Shown piece by piece: positions 25,085 to 32,000 of a stretch of 32,000 nt of DNA. This DNA comes from Erysipelothrix larvae (GTDB lineage Bacteria; Bacillota_I; Bacilli_A; Erysipelotrichales; Erysipelotrichaceae): NCBI RefSeq assembly GCF_001545095.1, contig NZ_CP013213.1, positions 780,001 through 812,000 of the forward strand. The letters run 5' to 3'. A model generated the notes under the pieces. That model searched no databases. It was not told where the DNA came from and was given only the letters and a program-made list of their open reading frames with translations. Positions within the stretch are counted from its first letter, which is position 1; every line of letters starts with the position of its first letter. The position numbers and the translations under genes were made by a program.

Positions 25085-26503
25085 ATGGTAGTTGGAGATT
25101 TTGCAAAGCAAACGGGATGCTTAATTATTGGCAGTGGTCCAGGTGGCTATGTTGCGGCAATACGGGCATCACAACTTGGACAACAGGTCACGATTGTAGA
25201 GAAGGATGCAATTGGTGGCACATGTCTTAATGTCGGATGCATTCCATCAAAAGCGCTGATTCAAGTCGCAACAGATTATGAAAAAGCGACACATTCAAAT
25301 CCATATGGTTTAAAGATTGATGGGGTATCCTTGGATTTTAAAGTTGCTCAAAATTGGAAAAAGAATGAGGTAGTAAGAACTTTAACGCAAGGGATTAAGA
25401 TGTTATTGAAAAAAAACAATGTTGAGATTGTTTATGGGAGTGCACACTTTATTGATAATCATAGGGTGCGTGTTATGGGGGATGAAATCAATCAAACCTA
25501 TCAATTCGAATCCTGTATTATTGCAAGTGGTTCACGGCCTTTAGAACTTCCATCATTTAAATATAATGAATCAGTTCTTGATTCAACAAGGGCCTTAAAT
25601 CTGACTTCAATTCCTAAATCGCTCATCATTATTGGTGGCGGTTATATCGGATGCGAACTCGCATGTATTTATTCGAAATTGGGAACACACATCACAATTC
25701 TTGAAGGAACGGCTCACATCCTACCAAACTTTTCCAAAGACCTCGTGAAATATGTTGAAACAGCACTCGAACATAAAGGTGCCAACATCGTTACTCATGT
25801 CTTTGCTAAAGGGGTTGAGTCGACGCAGGAAGGGTGTATTGTGAGTTTTGAGAAAGATGGACATCTAAAAAAAATCACTGCTGAAAAAGTGCTAGTAACC
25901 ATCGGAAGGCAACCCAATACCGATACCATAGGACTTGAGTATACGGATGTTAAAGTTGATGCAAAAGGACTGATTGAAGTCGATGATCAAGGAAGAACGT
26001 CGGTGCATCATATATTCGCAATTGGTGATGTTACTTTTGGCCCACAACTTGCACACAAAGCTACTTATGAAGCAAAGGTTGTTGCAAGTGTGATCAATGG
26101 ACATCCTGGGGGCTTTGATAATTTAGTGATTCCAAAAGTATGTTATACAACGCCTGAAATCGCGGGTGTTGGTTATACACTTGAGGAAGCAACTCAGAAT
26201 GGAATTCATGCTAAAACAGCACAATTTCCATATCATGCTAATGGACGTTCGCTCACAATGAATCAAACTGAGGGGTTCATTCGTATTATATATAATCAAG
26301 AAACTTTAGCACTACTGGGTGCAGAGATTGTCGGAGCTCATGCAAGTGAATTAATCGCTGAATTAACAATGGCACTTGAAACACATCTTACACTTGAAGA
26401 TGTTGCGCTCATTATTCACGCACATCCAACCTTAAGTGAGATGATTGACGATGCCGCACAAATCGGCTTAGGACACCCAATACACAGTGTGAAAGGAGTT
26501 TAA
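25085..26503 (+). CDS. lpdA: Dihydrolipoyl dehydrogenase E3 component
   Basis: FAD motif GSGPGGYVAA, redox-active disulfide GGTCLNVGCIPSKAL, NAD motif GGGYIGCE, C-terminal HAHPTLSE. Confidence 0.95.
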   Translation: MVVGDFAKQTGCLIIGSGPGGYVAAIRASQLGQQVTIVEKDAIGGTCLNVGCIPSKALIQVATDYEKATHSNPYGLKIDGVSLDFKVAQNWKKNEVVRTLTQGIKMLLKKNNVEIVYGSAHFIDNHRVRVMGDEINQTYQFESCIIASGSRPLELPSFKYNESVLDSTRALNLTSIPKSLIIIGGGYIGCELACIYSKLGTHITILEGTAHILPNFSKDLVKYVETALEHKGANIVTHVFAKGVESTQEGCIVSFEKDGHLKKITAEKVLVTIGRQPNTDTIGLEYTDVKVDAKGLIEVDDQGRTSVHHIFAIGDVTFGPQLAHKATYEAKVVASVINGHPGGFDNLVIPKVCYTTPEIAGVGYTLEEATQNGIHAKTAQFPYHANGRSLTMNQTEGFIRIIYNQETLALLGAEIVGAHASELIAELTMALETHLTLEDVALIIHAHPTLSEMIDDAAQIGLGHPIHSVKGV

Positions 26504-26504
26504 T

Positions 26505-27554
26505 ATGGAAAAAATATTTGAAAAAGGATTTTCAATGAAAGTTCTAAATGGTGTTGCCATTGGGACAGTCGCAGTGCTGATTCCTGGGGCACTCCTCAAT
26601 GAACTCTTTACAGCATTATTGCCTGTGTTTCCACAAGGGCAATTTATTCTCACTGCAACTGCTTTAGCAACAACACTGATGGGTGTAGTCGTGGGTGTTA
26701 TGGTGTCCATTATGTTTAAGTTCACACCAATACACACTGCTGCAGTTGCGATTGCATCCGGTTTGGGATCAGGAGCATGGTCGGTGAATGAATCCGGACA
26801 ATTTATCGTTCAAGGAAGTGGTGACATTATAAATATGTCATTGACCGCGACCATTGCTGTAATCATTATCCTTGCTTGCGGAAATCGCTTCAGAGCATAT
26901 ACCATGCTGGTTGTACCAGCACTAACTTTAGTTGTTGCCGGAGGTTTAGGTGTTGCTATACTACCCTATGTAAAAAGCATCACAAGCGGTATTGCTGAAA
27001 TCGTGAGAACATTTCTAGATTTACAACCCATTCTTATGTCGTTTCTGATGGCAATTGTATTTTCAATCATGATTGTTTCACCGATATCAACAGTGGGTAT
27101 TGCTTTAGCAATCAATCTGAGCGGTGTAGGGTCAGGGGCTGCCAATGTGGGTGTTTGCGCAGCAGCATTTGGACTTGCTATTTCTGGGTGGAAAACCAAT
27201 GAACTGGGAACGTCAATTGCACTTATTATGGGTTCGCCCAAAATGGCCATGCCCAATGTGATTAAGAATCCAAAAATAATGCTCCCAATAATCATAAACG
27301 CCGCAATCAGTGGCATCATCTGTGCTCTATTCCAACAACAAGGAACCTCCTATTCCGCAGGATTTGGATTTAGTGGCCTGATTGGACCGTTGAATGCAAT
27401 TCGCATGGCGGGTGGATTTACACCGATAAACATCTTCAAAGCAGTCTTTGTCTTTGTAGGGGTTCCAGTGGTGCTCGCATTTATCATGAGATATGTCTTC
27501 ATGCATACTCGAAAGCTTGTGAATGCTGAAGATTATCGAATCGATGTAAAGTAG
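26505..27554 (+). CDS. Polytopic membrane protein, PTS_EIIC_2-type (annotated in databases as PTS sugar transporter subunit IIC), embedded in the dehydrogenase operon
   Basis: 349 aa with about 10 TM. The N-terminus ...KVLNGVAIGTVAVLIPGALLNELFTALLP resembles the short EIIC-like family. Starts 2 nt after the E3 stop. Confidence 0.6.
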   Translation: MEKIFEKGFSMKVLNGVAIGTVAVLIPGALLNELFTALLPVFPQGQFILTATALATTLMGVVVGVMVSIMFKFTPIHTAAVAIASGLGSGAWSVNESGQFIVQGSGDIINMSLTATIAVIIILACGNRFRAYTMLVVPALTLVVAGGLGVAILPYVKSITSGIAEIVRTFLDLQPILMSFLMAIVFSIMIVSPISTVGIALAINLSGVGSGAANVGVCAAAFGLAISGWKTNELGTSIALIMGSPKMAMPNVIKNPKIMLPIIINAAISGIICALFQQQGTSYSAGFGFSGLIGPLNAIRMAGGFTPINIFKAVFVFVGVPVVLAFIMRYVFMHTRKLVNAEDYRIDVK

Positions 27555-27562
27555 GTGAAACA

Positions 27563-28465
27563 ATGAGAGACTTTATTGAGTTAGAAACACGCCTTGTCAT
27601 GAGCAAACATGAAGCAAAAAAAGTAGCATGTGTGTGTGCTTATGAAAGGCAAACACTCATCGCAATCGATGCTACAGCTCGAAAAGGGTACATAAAACCG
27701 ATTTTGATCGGTGAGAAAGCACGGGTTAAAAAAGCATTGGAGGACCATCAAATCAGCTCTGATTATGAAATTATTGATGTGGATAGCGATGAAGACGCAG
27801 CTAAAAAGGCTGTTTCGCTGGTACATGAAGGCTATGTTGACTTGATTATGAAAGGATATATTCAAACCAGTGATCTGTTGAAAGCTGTTGTGAATCGGGA
27901 CCAGGGCATCCGAGATAAGCCGATTCTCTCGCATGTTGCTTTAATCGAAGTGCCTTATCAAAACGAAATGTACTTCGTGAGTGATGGGGGCATGAATACA
28001 TACCCATCATTCAATCAAAAGAAAGCAATTATCGAAAACGCAATCGAAGTTGCCCATTATCTGGGCGTTGATCGTCCAAAAGTTGCCTTGCTCGATGCTG
28101 CAGAACATACAAATGCGCGCATCAGTGCTTCCTATGAATCACGTGACTTAAGTAATTTGAAATGGAATAACGCGATTGTTGAAGGCCCCATTTCCCTTGA
28201 TATTGCAGTGTCAAAAACAAATGCACGCATCAAGAATTATCAAGGGAAGATCTGTGGTGATGCGGATATTCTAATTGTCCCTGACATCATCAGCGGAAAT
28301 ATTTTGGGGAAAGCCGCAACACACTTTACCAATGGCATTATGGCTGGCATCATCTATGGAGCGAAGGTTCCCATTATTCTTGGTTCACGTGGTTCAAACG
28401 AAATTGAGAACGAGTATTCAATTATTGTGGCATGTCTTGTTGCACAAAAGGAGCGATTATCATGA
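27563..28465 (+). CDS. ptb: Phosphate butyryltransferase / phosphate acyltransferase (Ptb-like)
   Basis: 300 aa in the PTA_PTB size class, with internal MKG...T..L.KAV and C-terminal GNILGK..T motifs. Directly coupled (ATGA) to butyrate kinase. Confidence 0.85.
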   Translation: MRDFIELETRLVMSKHEAKKVACVCAYERQTLIAIDATARKGYIKPILIGEKARVKKALEDHQISSDYEIIDVDSDEDAAKKAVSLVHEGYVDLIMKGYIQTSDLLKAVVNRDQGIRDKPILSHVALIEVPYQNEMYFVSDGGMNTYPSFNQKKAIIENAIEVAHYLGVDRPKVALLDAAEHTNARISASYESRDLSNLKWNNAIVEGPISLDIAVSKTNARIKNYQGKICGDADILIVPDIISGNILGKAATHFTNGIMAGIIYGAKVPIILGSRGSNEIENEYSIIVACLVAQKERLS

Positions 28466-29520
28466 CTCTTATTCTGAGTATTAATCCTGGTGCGACCTCT
28501 ACTAAGTTTGGACTATTTGATGGCTATCACGAACTGTTCAAAGGAGAAGTACCGTTCATAAAAGATGCGCAAAGGCACACTACGCTCATTGATCAACTTG
28601 TTCCTCGATATGATGCCATATACACAGCCATCAAAGATCAAGGCTATGATCCACAAGATATTGAAGTTGCAGTGGGAAGAGGTGGTATATTACCACCCGT
28701 TGAGGCAGGAGCACTTTTGGTGGACCAACACTTGATTGATTATTTATTGAGTCATGCTGAAGTCGTGCACCCTGCAAATCTTGGTGCTTCAATTGCACAG
28801 AAGTTTGTTGATCAAGCACATCAATGTGTCGCATATATTTATGATCCAATCTCTGTAGATCAAATGATCCCTCTGGCTCGATTTTCAGGGGTAAAAGAAA
28901 TTGAACGAAAGAGCATCGGACATATTCTTAATTCTCGACAAGCTGCGATGCATTATGCGCAAACTTTAGGGAAATCTTATCATGATGTTAAGGTCATTGT
29001 AGTGCATGCGGGAACAGGAATTACACTTACTGCACATTCAGAAGGACGTATGATTGATTTGATATCGGATGATGAAGGCCCCTTTTCTCCAGAGCGAAGT
29101 GGTGGTTTGCCATTAAGGAAATTTATGGCAATGTGTTATAATAATAGTGAAAAAGACATGATTGAAATGACACGTCACAGCGCTGGACTTGTTTCTTATC
29201 TTGGAACAAATGATGTTCGAAAGGTTGAAGCATTTATCGACAATGGTGATCAATACGCACATTTGGTGTTGGAAGCAATGGCTTATCAAATATCAAAAAG
29301 TATTGCAAGTCTGGGGGCTGTGTTATATGGAAACATAGACGGAATTATCATTACAGGCGGTTTTGCACGATCAAAACGCATTATTGATTGGATAAAAGAG
29401 CGTGTCGCTTTTTTGGGGGAGGTGATAATATATCCAGGTGAATTTGAAATAGAAGCATTAGCTTTTGGTGGATACCGTGCTTATTTAGGCGAAGAAGAGA
29501 TACATACAATTAAGAGATAA
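28462..29520 (+). CDS. buk: Butyrate (branched-chain fatty acid) kinase
   Basis: The ORF track gives 28432-29520; the ATG at 28462 follows AAAGGAG and overlaps the ptb stop. The N-terminus ILSINPGATSTKFGLF is the ASKHA phosphate-1 motif. About 353 aa, typical of Buk. Confidence 0.92.
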   Translation: MTLILSINPGATSTKFGLFDGYHELFKGEVPFIKDAQRHTTLIDQLVPRYDAIYTAIKDQGYDPQDIEVAVGRGGILPPVEAGALLVDQHLIDYLLSHAEVVHPANLGASIAQKFVDQAHQCVAYIYDPISVDQMIPLARFSGVKEIERKSIGHILNSRQAAMHYAQTLGKSYHDVKVIVVHAGTGITLTAHSEGRMIDLISDDEGPFSPERSGGLPLRKFMAMCYNNSEKDMIEMTRHSAGLVSYLGTNDVRKVEAFIDNGDQYAHLVLEAMAYQISKSIASLGAVLYGNIDGIIITGGFARSKRIIDWIKERVAFLGEVIIYPGEFEIEALAFGGYRAYLGEEEIHTIKR

Positions 29521-29537
29521 AGTGGTGGGGGTTTTGT

Positions 29538-30455
29538 ATGGATGTTAAAGATCTGAAATATTTTATAACGGTCGTTGAAGCAGGAAGCTTTTCAGCTGCT
29601 TCAAAGGTGTTACATGTAACGCAACCAGCTTTAAGTTGGAATATTAAACAACTGGAAGAAGAGCTTGGTTTACAACTACTAAAGCGTTACAATCATGGTA
29701 TTAAAATGACAATGAGTGGTCAACTCTTGTATGAAGGTGGTAAAGATGTTGTTGAAGGGTTTGAACGGCTCGAACGTCTACTGAGATCTGATAACAGTTC
29801 CTATCTTAGAGAAGTTAAGTTTGGCCTGACAACACTTTTCGCAATCGAATATATGGATGTATTCGAAAGCTTTAAGAAAAAGTATGATCAATACAATCTA
29901 ACCTTTACGCAACGGGGATCAAAAGAGATCCAGAACATGTTGATTCGCGGAGAGATTGATATTGGGCTCACATCAGAGCCGACCTACTATTCCAAACTGT
30001 CGGTGAATGCAAACCGTCTTGAAGGGTATTATATTGACCTTGGTGTATTAGTAGGGAAAGACAATCCACTCTTTGACAAAACAAGTTTGACACTTCTTGA
30101 TTTGAAGGATATGGAGTTCTCAATGCTCACAACTGATTATGCAATCAGTAATGAAATTCCAAAACGTTGCAGCGATTTAGGGTTTCAACCTAAAATTGTC
30201 TATGAAAATGAAAATTGGGAAGTAATTGTGAAGCATGTTGAATCCTATGGATCAATTTCGATTCTACCTTCTGAATTTGAACAATTCTTAAATCGAGAAG
30301 ATATTAAATGGATTAAACTGGATGATCCTGAAGTATCACGGTTTAACCTTCAACTTGTGACAAGTTTAGATTTATCAATCCGAGATGATCATGTCTTGTA
30401 TTGGAGAGTCTATAATGAGTTATTGGAAAGAAATAAGCGGAATCCTGATTCATAA
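29538..30455 (+). CDS. LysR-family transcriptional regulator
   Basis: N-terminal HTH LKYFITVVEAGSFSAASKVLHVTQPALSWNIKQLEEELG. 305 aa. Starts 18 nt after buk with no intervening terminator. Confidence 0.92.
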   Translation: MDVKDLKYFITVVEAGSFSAASKVLHVTQPALSWNIKQLEEELGLQLLKRYNHGIKMTMSGQLLYEGGKDVVEGFERLERLLRSDNSSYLREVKFGLTTLFAIEYMDVFESFKKKYDQYNLTFTQRGSKEIQNMLIRGEIDIGLTSEPTYYSKLSVNANRLEGYYIDLGVLVGKDNPLFDKTSLTLLDLKDMEFSMLTTDYAISNEIPKRCSDLGFQPKIVYENENWEVIVKHVESYGSISILPSEFEQFLNREDIKWIKLDDPEVSRFNLQLVTSLDLSIRDDHVLYWRVYNELLERNKRNPDS

Positions 30456-30460
30456 ACAAC

Positions 30461-30495
30461 AAAGCATCAACGTGATTTTTAGTTGATGCTTTTTA
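30461..30495 (+). terminator. Rho-independent terminator ending the operon
   Basis: AAAGCATCAAC / GTTGATGCTTT stem followed by a T run. Confidence 0.85.
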
Positions 30496-30557
30496 TGTGC
30501 TCCTTGTATATCACATAAAATAGTGATTCAATAAGGGTATCGTAAGGGAGGTCATCA

Positions 30558-31193
30558 ATGAATAGAATAGAAAAAACAAGAGCGTATCTGGATGCATTAT
30601 TTAACAACAGCGAGCATCTTAAAACATCTTTGTATGATAAGTCATATCGCTATGAACATACGCTAAGAGTCGCTTCATGGGGTAAACGAATTGCGCAACA
30701 TGAAAACATTAATGAAGAAGCGCTTGTTATCGGTTGTTTACTGCATGATGTTGCCTATATTGAGAAACTGGATACAAAAGAGAAACAGATTGGTCATGGT
30801 AGGCGTTCTGCGTCCATTGTGAGGGACTTTGTGCACGGATTAGGGTTTGATCCAGACACCACGCAATCAATTCTCTATGGCATTGCAACCCATGTAGATG
30901 GAAAGGCAGACTTTGAAGGTGAAAGTACCATACTTTCAGAAAGCATCAGTGACGCTGATAATCTTGATCGATTTGATGTCTATAGAATTTATGAAACGTT
31001 AATCTTTGCGGATTTTTCAAACCTAAGTCTTGAAGACAAGCTAACGTATTGCACAAAACGCATTGAAGCCACTCAGAACAATATGGCACATGAGTTAGCG
31101 ACACACTATGCAACATCCATATTTAGAGAAGAACTGAGTTATATGCAAACATTCTTTGAAAAGATGCTAATTCAATTAAAAGAAAGCAGATAG
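30558..31193 (+). CDS. HD-domain phosphohydrolase
   Basis: 211 aa with H...(HTLRV) and LLHDVAY (HD dyad), then a later HVDG. SD AAGGGAGG upstream. Confidence 0.8.
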   Translation: MNRIEKTRAYLDALFNNSEHLKTSLYDKSYRYEHTLRVASWGKRIAQHENINEEALVIGCLLHDVAYIEKLDTKEKQIGHGRRSASIVRDFVHGLGFDPDTTQSILYGIATHVDGKADFEGESTILSESISDADNLDRFDVYRIYETLIFADFSNLSLEDKLTYCTKRIEATQNNMAHELATHYATSIFREELSYMQTFFEKMLIQLKESR

Positions 31194-31200
31194 TTATAAA

Positions 31201-31251
31201 AAATCCCTTAGGTTTCACAGGATGTACTGATCTTGAAAACTTAAGGGATTT
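31201..31251. terminator. Long hairpin, probable bidirectional terminator between convergent genes
   Basis: AAATCCCTTA (31201-31210) pairs with TAAGGGATTT (31242-31251). An A run lies upstream and a T-rich stretch downstream. Confidence 0.5.
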
Positions 31252-31442
31252 GATGTTTATCGATGGAAACTAGAGGCCATGTTTATGAACTGATTGACTT
31301 CAATTTGCGACAATCAATTTCAAACGTATGGAGTGTCCGCCTTATTTGTTGATCCTTTGAGATTAATGCTTTTATATATCAAGGCGTATCGTGTGATGAT
31401 ACCATTTTAGATAAGTAAACACACTGAATTGTCATGTGAGAT

Positions 31443-31952
31443 TTATCGTGCTTTCTTTGCCTTAATGAGTCCAGCATGGATTTTTGCTATATTGTCACCA
31501 CCAAATATCAACGTACTTTGAAATCCAGCATTGTAGTCTATGCTTAAAAACTTCTCGACAGATTTTTTCTTCTTTGGTATAGCTAGAGCCCAAAACCCAA
31601 AAGCTGCCAAACGAGTTAGGGTAACTCTGGATAAAATTTGTGATTGTGTTTCGATGCTCGCGGAAATAATCGCATTCATATCAATGTGGTATGAACCATA
31701 ATCCAGTCTATCTTTAGTTACTGTCACTAAAACGGTTTGTTCACCGGCAATTTCACCACCACCATAGTATTTTAAACGTGCCTTTGCGATTGTTGCTGCC
31801 TTTGCTTTAGCATTTGCTGCTTCGACAATCTTTCTTATTTTTGCATCTTTTTCCTTTTTAGCCAGATCCTTTGCTTGTAATTCCACGGATCCTTGGGTTG
31901 CTGAGTAATAGGTTAGAAAGATGGCTAAACCCAACAATAAAAGAACCATCAC
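31443..31952 (-). CDS. Hypothetical membrane-anchored protein (possibly 5'-incomplete in this window)
   Basis: 169-aa ORF from a GTG/ATG start (MMVLLLLGLAIFL... TM helix, then a Lys/Ala-rich segment). The same frame stays open to position 32000 (AIWIGWSVLTDSTENDV...), so the true start may lie outside the window. Confidence 0.55.
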   Translation of the reverse strand: MMVLLLLGLAIFLTYYSATQGSVELQAKDLAKKEKDAKIRKIVEAANAKAKAATIAKARLKYYGGGEIAGEQTVLVTVTKDRLDYGSYHIDMNAIISASIETQSQILSRVTLTRLAAFGFWALAIPKKKKSVEKFLSIDYNAGFQSTLIFGGDNIAKIHAGLIKAKKAR

Positions 31953-32000
31953 ATCGTTTTCGGTTGAATCCGTAAGAACTGACCACCCAATCCAAATGGC

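Noticed and set aside
6555-28461. N-terminal extensions proposed by the ORF track (6555, 11034, 12010, 16038, 18658, 20146, 21707, 28432).
   Set aside because: In each case a downstream in-frame start has a proper SD at 5-10 nt and removes overlap with the preceding gene or a non-homologous leader peptide. The shorter models are preferred. Start choice remains an inference.
21022-28849. Internal or antisense ORFs 21022-21276(-), 22278-22553(+), 23273-23455(-), 23519-23767(-), 24203-24424(-), 25892-26104(-), 26468-26737(-), 26966-27319(-), 27327-27563(-), 27581-27934(-), 28275-28484(+) and 28631-28849(-).
   Set aside because: All are embedded in well-supported operon genes on the opposite strand or in another frame. 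None has independent support.
1-32000. Scan for CRISPR arrays, tRNA/rRNA genes and long tandem repeats.
   Set aside because: No regularly spaced 25-40-bp repeats, no cloverleaf-like or rRNA-like segments, and no tandem arrays beyond the 11-bp-phased GTAGCAAA triplet were seen by eye.

Overview
AT-rich chromosome segment from a low-GC Gram-positive (Bacillota-type) bacterium. Core genes, left to right: an ABC-2 exporter (ATPase plus the start of its permease, minus strand), a 1067-aa SWIM-zinc-finger/SNF2 helicase, the rplM-rpsI ribosomal operon with a structured leader, a lone cellobiose-family PTS EIIC, a PadR regulator with a membrane partner, and a tightly packed nine-gene operon. That operon encodes 2-oxoacid dehydrogenase E1alpha/E1beta/E2/E3, an EIIC-like membrane protein, phosphate butyryltransferase, butyrate kinase and a LysR regulator. 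An HD-domain protein and a membrane protein follow. The main accessory feature is an ~11.2-kb genomic island (5756-17009) inserted into the 3' end of rpsI. It is bounded by a ~75-bp imperfect direct repeat that duplicates the last rpsI codons and the rpsI terminator (attL/attR). The island carries: (a) a decayed Tn916-like recombination/regulation module, namely a frameshifted and truncated integrase remnant, an Xis-like gene, an Orf7-like sigma region-4 protein and GTAGCAAA arm-type repeats at both ends; (b) an intact IS21-family element (istAB, 53-bp inverted repeats, 5-bp target duplication); (c) an unexplained GC-richer non-coding block; (d) a secreted 153-aa lactococcin-972-like protein followed by two paralogous FtsX/DUF1430-type membrane proteins and an ABC ATPase, which is a bacteriocin plus immunity/export layout; and (e) an agr-like module (LytTR response regulator, AgrC-type kinase, AgrB with the His/Cys dyad) with no recognisable agrD. 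I consider (d) plus (e), on an immobilised rpsI island, the best candidate for an undescribed system. No rRNA, tRNA or CRISPR array was seen. All family assignments rest on motifs read by eye and on memory of the families; no database search was run.
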